Below are positions 59,188 through 64,000 of a stretch of 64,000 bases of DNA, piece after piece. Below the pieces are notes generated by a model. That model made no database searches. It was not told where the DNA came from and saw only the letters and a program-made list of their open reading frames with translations. Position 1 is the stretch's first letter. The number at the start of each line of letters is the position of its first letter. Position numbers and translations under genes: made by a program. The DNA comes from Planctomycetota bacterium (GTDB taxonomy: Bacteria > Planctomycetota > UBA8108 > SXIK01). Location of the stretch: assembly GCA_965223845.1 (NCBI GenBank), contig CBDCXR010000004.1, forward strand, positions 6,656,001-6,720,000, read 5' to 3'.

Positions 59188-60276
59188 GACGCTCGTAGGC
59201 GGACTCGTCTCGAGGTGCTCGGTTCGCGCCGCCCGCCCGTGCGCTCGCGCGTCGACGTCCCAGCCGAGTTCTGCCGCGCGGATCTCCGCGCGTTCTCGTG
59301 ACGCTTCTCCGCCGCGCTTCGGCGCGATCCCATTGGCGCGAGCGAGAAGAATCTCTGCCCGCCTCGCGACCGGAGAGTTCGGAGCGGCGCTCAGGCAGCG
59401 CTCGAGGTACGTGCGCGCTCGATGGGCTCGACCCTGATCGAGATGGAGATATCCGAGCGAGAAGAGGATCCGCGTCCGCACCGCGGCCGGACCGGCGATC
59501 TCGACCCGAAGCGAGTCGGAGAGAACCTCGATCGCCCGCCCGACCTCGCCGAGTCGGCGCAGGCACCGAGCCCGCGCGAGGGCGAGCGTCGCGATGTGCC
59601 GAGCGGTCGGACCGTACCGAGTGGCCTCCTCGAGCAGCGCGTTTGCGCGCGTGAGCTTCCCCGTGTCGAGCAGGTACTCACCGCGGAGAAGGAGCGAACG
59701 GCCGTAGAGCGCCTTCGCGTCCTCGGCCGGATCCGGCCGTTCCTCGACACCGCGAGAAAGTCGATCGAAATGTGCCCGCGCGGCCGATCGCTCTCCGCGA
59801 ATCCAGTGGTAGTAGCCGAGCCAAAAGGCGGTGGTGGGGTCTCTGGGCGGCGATGCGCCGATCGAGCGGTGGATTCGCGCGGAGTGGAGGGCGTCGCGGA
59901 GGAGGTCGATCGTCTCTTCTCGGGTCTCGGCACGCTCCACTCGCACGAGCTCTTCTCCGCGCGGATCGAGGACGACGCCGATCGCTCGGTTTCCGACGCC
60001 GAAGCGCTCGCCGACCGACGGCTCGCGGGCCGAGTCGACGACGAGCGTCACCTCCGCGCCGACGCTCGACCATCTCTCGTCTCGGAGAACCGTCTCGACG
60101 AGCACGGCTTCGCCTTCACCCGGTGCGATCCACGCGACCGCGAGCGATCGAGGGGAGAGTGAACCGAGAACGTCATCGACCGAATCGCCGCGCACGAGCG
60201 CCGGGAGGCCGAGACCCGTGGCGATGATCGAAAACGCGAGTGTGGCTCGAAGCCTCTGGTCGTGTTGTCGCAGCAT
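59047..60276 (-). CDS. Exported TPR-repeat protein with possible Cys-less thioredoxin-like N-domain
   Basis: Signal-like segment; ERFGV...VVLDPRGEELVRV; TPR motifs; 141-bp convergent overlap with the DUF2203 gene; ends uncertain. Confidence 0.6.
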   Translation of the reverse strand: MLRQHDQRLRATLAFSIIATGLGLPALVRGDSVDDVLGSLSPRSLAVAWIAPGEGEAVLVETVLRDERWSSVGAEVTLVVDSAREPSVGERFGVGNRAIGVVLDPRGEELVRVERAETREETIDLLRDALHSARIHRSIGASPPRDPTTAFWLGYYHWIRGERSAARAHFDRLSRGVEERPDPAEDAKALYGRSLLLRGEYLLDTGKLTRANALLEEATRYGPTARHIATLALARARCLRRLGEVGRAIEVLSDSLRVEIAGPAAVRTRILFSLGYLHLDQGRAHRARTYLERCLSAAPNSPVARRAEILLARANGIAPKRGGEASRERAEIRAAELGWDVDARAHGRAARTEHLETSPPTSVSTRKDAADGLTAGESSVDFVPVPDLVLPELPAKEDDAPVELRREVD

Positions 60277-60896
60277 CCCGTTGTGTCGCGGAGTCGGTGT
60301 TCGGCGGTCGGTGATGCAGCGCGCTCCCGCGGGGGGGTGAACGCGCTCGCGACGTACCTCGTCCACGCTTGCCGGACGGGACATCGGAAGAGAATACCCG
60401 GCGGTTCCCAGAACGTCGAATCGGCGCCACGGAGCGCGGATGGCACCCGCGTCCGTCGGCACGAGGCTTGCCGTGCACGCGGACGCCTCGCGGATTCCGC
60501 GTGCACGGCATGGGGCTGCGTTGTTGTCGCTCCGCAGCATCTCTGGTCGCGGCGCGTCGGGAGAAACCCGGTGCCATCGCGACCGGGTCGAGCTAAAATG
60601 ACGATGTCAGACGACTGACCCACGCCGCGAATCGTCTTCGCGCGAGCCGCCGCGGAGCACGATCTTCACCAGTGGTTTTCGACCTTGCATCGGCCCTTCG
60701 TTTCGCGCGTGTCCGCCGTCCGTCCTCGACGCGGACGTGTGCGCGACGGCTCGGTCTCGGCTCGAGTTCTGCCGGATTCGGCGCGGTTTCCGATAAGCAC
60801 TCAAGCTTTCGGTCACGTTCGGACGAAAGAGCAAATGCGTAGCGTAACCGAGGGCCGACGAATCGTAGAGTAGAGCCCGTAGAGTTTCCGAGCGGC

Positions 60897-61436
60897 GTGA
60901 CGTCGCTCGACTTCGCGGTGAGCGAAGGAACCGAATCGCCCGAAGAGAATCCGCTTTCGACGGACCCGAAGCCGTTCGGCTCGGGAGATGTCCGCTCGCG
61001 GTTCTTCGGCGCGGCGGTGACGAGCTCACCTTCCGTGCCCGACACGCGGTCGACAACATTGGGATCACCCGCCGCCGAACACGATCACTCCGCCCAGGAG
61101 TCGTTCCTGAAGGACGACCGCATCGCCGGGTACTGGCCGTCGGAACGGAGAGCGATGCTCGTTCATCGCTTTTACCTCGTGAGCAAGTTTCGCCGCGAGG
61201 TCAGCGTCGAGGAGACGTTGACGAGTTGGGAGTCCGGCGGCGCCAAGGATTGGCGCAAGAAGAAGATGCGCCGCGACACGCAGCGGCAGATGCGCGAGAT
61301 CGAGCGGCACAAGTACTTCCTCAGTCAGCACGAAGGGGCGGATGTCGGATGGGAAGCGGCCGCCTCGGATTGGGTCGCCCGCCACAGCGCCGATTGGCGC
61401 GACTGGTGGGAACAGCAGCCCGATTCTTGCCCGTAG
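60897..61436 (+). CDS. Hypothetical protein with two DUF4032-like helical repeats
   Basis: MLVHRFYLVSKFRREVSVEETLTSW and IERHKYFLSQHEGADVGWEAAASDW; start uncertain. Confidence 0.7.
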   Translation: MTSLDFAVSEGTESPEENPLSTDPKPFGSGDVRSRFFGAAVTSSPSVPDTRSTTLGSPAAEHDHSAQESFLKDDRIAGYWPSERRAMLVHRFYLVSKFRREVSVEETLTSWESGGAKDWRKKKMRRDTQRQMREIERHKYFLSQHEGADVGWEAAASDWVARHSADWRDWWEQQPDSCP

Positions 61437-63025
61437 CGAGCGCGCGAGCCCTCGCGATCGTGTTCGGGCTCGTCGCCCTCGACCTAGCGTCGACGGCGAC
61501 CGCGGGAGAGGACGACGCCGCATCGCGCCTCGTCCCACCGCGACTCTCGGTTGTCGCGCCGGCCGGCGTCACTCTCGACGAGGATCTAGCCGCCGCACTC
61601 CGTGCCGTTCGGATCGACGTCCGGTCGCTCGCGAGCGAGAGCTGGGCGAAGCTCGACCGGGGCGCGGTGGATGCGATCCTTCTTCCCGATGATCCCGCGG
61701 TCGATGACTACGCGGCTCGAGCGGCCGAGGCACTCGCCGCCCGCGGGACGCCCCTTGTCGTCGTGGGGCGCGCGGCGCGCGCGGCAGCGGACGATCCCGC
61801 TTATTCCCGCCGCATCGGTCGCGTCGGCATCCGGAGGCCCGCACCGCCGGGCGCGCTGGCGGTCGCGGTCGTCGATCAGCGCCATCCGGTGACGCAGTGC
61901 GTACCGCACCTCCTCCTCCCGGAGGCGCGAGTCGCGGTGGAGGCGGGTGGCGCCGTGCGCGTCGTTGCGCGGGCGATATCAGCGTCGCCCCTCGACCGCG
62001 GCGCAGCGTCCGAGGCCCCGGTTCGCGCTGCGATGGTCCCCGCGATGTGGACGGTCCGCACGGCGCGCGTCGCGGTGGGAGTCATCGCGATCGAACTTCC
62101 CCGCGTCGCTTCCACCGAGCGCGCTCGTGCGGACGAACCGAAAGAGTCGATCGAGAGCGAACCCGCGGTCCCGTCGGAGCGCGCCGATCTCTCGCGCCGC
62201 GATGCGGCCGCAGCCACCCGTGCGCTCGTCGCTGCGCTCACGGCTCGCTTCCTCGAGCTCGTCTGCGAGCGCTATCCGACCGCGCATCTTCCGGCGGATC
62301 TCCCCCTCGCCGCATGGCGACTCGGGCCGAACGACGTCGGAATCCTGCCCGGCGTTCCCGCGGCGCGCGGGTTCTACCGCGGCCGGCAAATCGCGCCCTA
62401 TATGACGTTTCACGGTGCGGACTGGCTCGAGCGCGCCGAACGAAGTCGAGAAGAGCGTCCGGACGAGGTCGTCCGTCGGCTGCGAATCGCCCCGGGGTCG
62501 GTGGTCGTCGATCTCGGCGCCGGGACCGGATACTTCTCTCGCCGACTCGCGCGCGCGGTCGGGCCGACCGGACGCGTTCTCGCCGTCGAGATTCAGCGCG
62601 AGATGCTCGAGCGACTCGTCGCCCGACTCGCCGCCGAGGGGATCACGAACGTCGAACCGATCCTCGCCACCGCGAAGGATCCTCGCCTCCCGGTCGACGC
62701 GATCGACCTCGTCCTTCTAGTCGACGTCTACCACGAACTCTCTGACCCCGCGCCCGTACTGGCCGGAGTGCGTCGCGCTCTCCGCCGCGGTGATGCGAAC
62801 CGCCCGCCGGGCCGTCTCGTTCTAGTCGAGTACCGCGGGGAGGATCCGTCGGTGGCGATCAAGCCGCTTCACCGCATGACGGAAGCGCAGGCGCGCGCCG
62901 AGCTCGAGGCGGTGGGGTATCGCTGGGTCGAGACGCTCGACTTCTTGCCGCTCCAGCACGTCCTTGTTTTCGAGCGAAGCGACGCAGCGGAAAGAGAGCG
63001 AAAAGGCGCCGATCGCGGCCGCTGA
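61427..63025 (+). CDS. Class I SAM-dependent methyltransferase with signal-like and ThuA-like N-terminal extension
   Basis: YRGRQIAPYMTFHGADWLERAERSREERPD, VVDLGAGTGYFS, LLVDVYHE, LVLVEYRGED. The start (TTG 61427) is a guess. Confidence 0.75.
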   Translation: MPVASARALAIVFGLVALDLASTATAGEDDAASRLVPPRLSVVAPAGVTLDEDLAAALRAVRIDVRSLASESWAKLDRGAVDAILLPDDPAVDDYAARAAEALAARGTPLVVVGRAARAAADDPAYSRRIGRVGIRRPAPPGALAVAVVDQRHPVTQCVPHLLLPEARVAVEAGGAVRVVARAISASPLDRGAASEAPVRAAMVPAMWTVRTARVAVGVIAIELPRVASTERARADEPKESIESEPAVPSERADLSRRDAAAATRALVAALTARFLELVCERYPTAHLPADLPLAAWRLGPNDVGILPGVPAARGFYRGRQIAPYMTFHGADWLERAERSREERPDEVVRRLRIAPGSVVVDLGAGTGYFSRRLARAVGPTGRVLAVEIQREMLERLVARLAAEGITNVEPILATAKDPRLPVDAIDLVLLVDVYHELSDPAPVLAGVRRALRRGDANRPPGRLVLVEYRGEDPSVAIKPLHRMTEAQARAELEAVGYRWVETLDFLPLQHVLVFERSDAAERERKGADRGR

Positions 63026-63171
63026 TCTCTCCGCCGCCATGGTGAGGCGTCCTCGCCCTTCCGGACGGCGGTCGGATCTGGCTTTCGGAATCGGCCACGG
63101 CCGGCAATCGCCGGCGCACGCCGGAACCGAGCGCCGTGAGATAACCGGGACCGGAGCGTTTCTGAGCGCGG

Positions 63172-63999
63172 CTACAAGTACTTCTCGAAGAAGCGGATGA
63201 TCTCCTCTCGACCTTCCGCGGTCTCCTCGTGGCCGACGTCGTAGCGGAGGAGACGCCAGTGTTCGGGCACGCCCGCGCGCGAATAGGTGGCACGCAGGTG
63301 GGAGTCGATGATGTCGAGTCCTTCGACGGGGGTGAGCTTGTCCTTCAGTCCGGCGAGTGCGAGATGCGGGCGCGGGCAGATCAGCTCGTTGATTTCGGCC
63401 GTCGTGAAGTGCTTGAGGAGACTCGGGACGTAGTAGTAGATGCCGTGGTAGCGGAGTCCGCGCTTTTTGAGGAGGGTGTGAAACTCGGTGAGGCAGCAGA
63501 TGTCCACGGTCGCGCGAATGCGCTTGTCGAGGGCGGCGAGCCACCACGCCATCGTGCTTCCCATCGAGATTCCGAGCGTCCCGATGCGGTCGGCCGCCAC
63601 ATCCGGACGCGAGCTTACGTAATCGACGGCGCGGAGACTGTCGTACACCATCATTCCCCAGAGGACGCGACCTTCCCACAGCATCGCCTTGAACGTATCC
63701 GATTCCGAGGTGTGACTCCGCTCGCCGAAGACCCAGTGGTCGATGGCGAGTCCGGCCCAGCCGTTCTCCGTGAGTGCGCGCGCGTAGGGCACGTCGTGGA
63801 GGTAGGAGCGGCCGTCGACGAATTCGCGTTTCCCAATCTTGTAGCCGCCACCGTGAGAGTGGTTGAAGACGATCGTCGGGAGTCGTCCGTTCGCGTTCTT
63901 CGGTCGCGCGAAGTACGCGGGGACGGGCTCGATGCCGTTGAGATCGAGCTCCAGGGTCTCGAGCACGTAGCCGTCGCGGTCTTCCTCCCCGAGTTTCCG
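63172..63999 (-). CDS. Alpha/beta hydrolase (dienelactone hydrolase/acetyl xylan esterase-like); 5' end beyond the window
   Basis: HSHGG, nucleophile motif [24 protein letters not shown]; frame open to the right edge. Confidence 0.88.
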   Translation of the reverse strand, partial: RKLGEEDRDGYVLETLELDLNGIEPVPAYFARPKNANGRLPTIVFNHSHGGGYKIGKREFVDGRSYLHDVPYARALTENGWAGLAIDHWVFGERSHTSESDTFKAMLWEGRVLWGMMVYDSLRAVDYVSSRPDVAADRIGTLGISMGSTMAWWLAALDKRIRATVDICCLTEFHTLLKKRGLRYHGIYYYVPSLLKHFTTAEINELICPRPHLALAGLKDKLTPVEGLDIIDSHLRATYSRAGVPEHWRLLRYDVGHEETAEGREEIIRFFEKYL

Positions 64000-64000
64000 C

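Overview
High-GC bacterial DNA, most likely Planctomycetota (inferred from Cys-rich dockerin-like tails, an ECF sigma/Ser-Thr kinase pair, a DUF1549-like motif and a DCNxNG..D repeat). I found no rRNA, tRNA, CRISPR array or transposase. 1-30 kb is an accessory block of large secreted proteins: two tandem multi-beta-helix paralogues, a Kazal inhibitor, a ~2870-aa SBBP/IPT protein and a metzincin protease. Four of them share one Cys-containing dockerin-like module. The block also holds a POT transporter, a ceramidase-like protein and the ECF-STK pair. 30-38 kb holds a ppGalNAc-T (GT27)-like glycosyltransferase and a tight three-gene operon: PhcB-like methyltransferase, fatty acid desaturase and a fused E1alpha-E1beta-lipoyl-FabH enzyme. 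This operon is the best candidate for an undescribed lipid or signal pathway. 38-64 kb is mostly housekeeping (glyQS, scpA, fmt, rsmB, pgl, panB, panD, LysR, BlaI/BlaR1-like, glgC, galT-like). It also hides a selenoprotein that the ORF track splits in two (TlpA-like WUAGC with a SECIS-like hairpin, TPR and DsbD-alpha-like domain). All calls come from motif reading; no database search was run.
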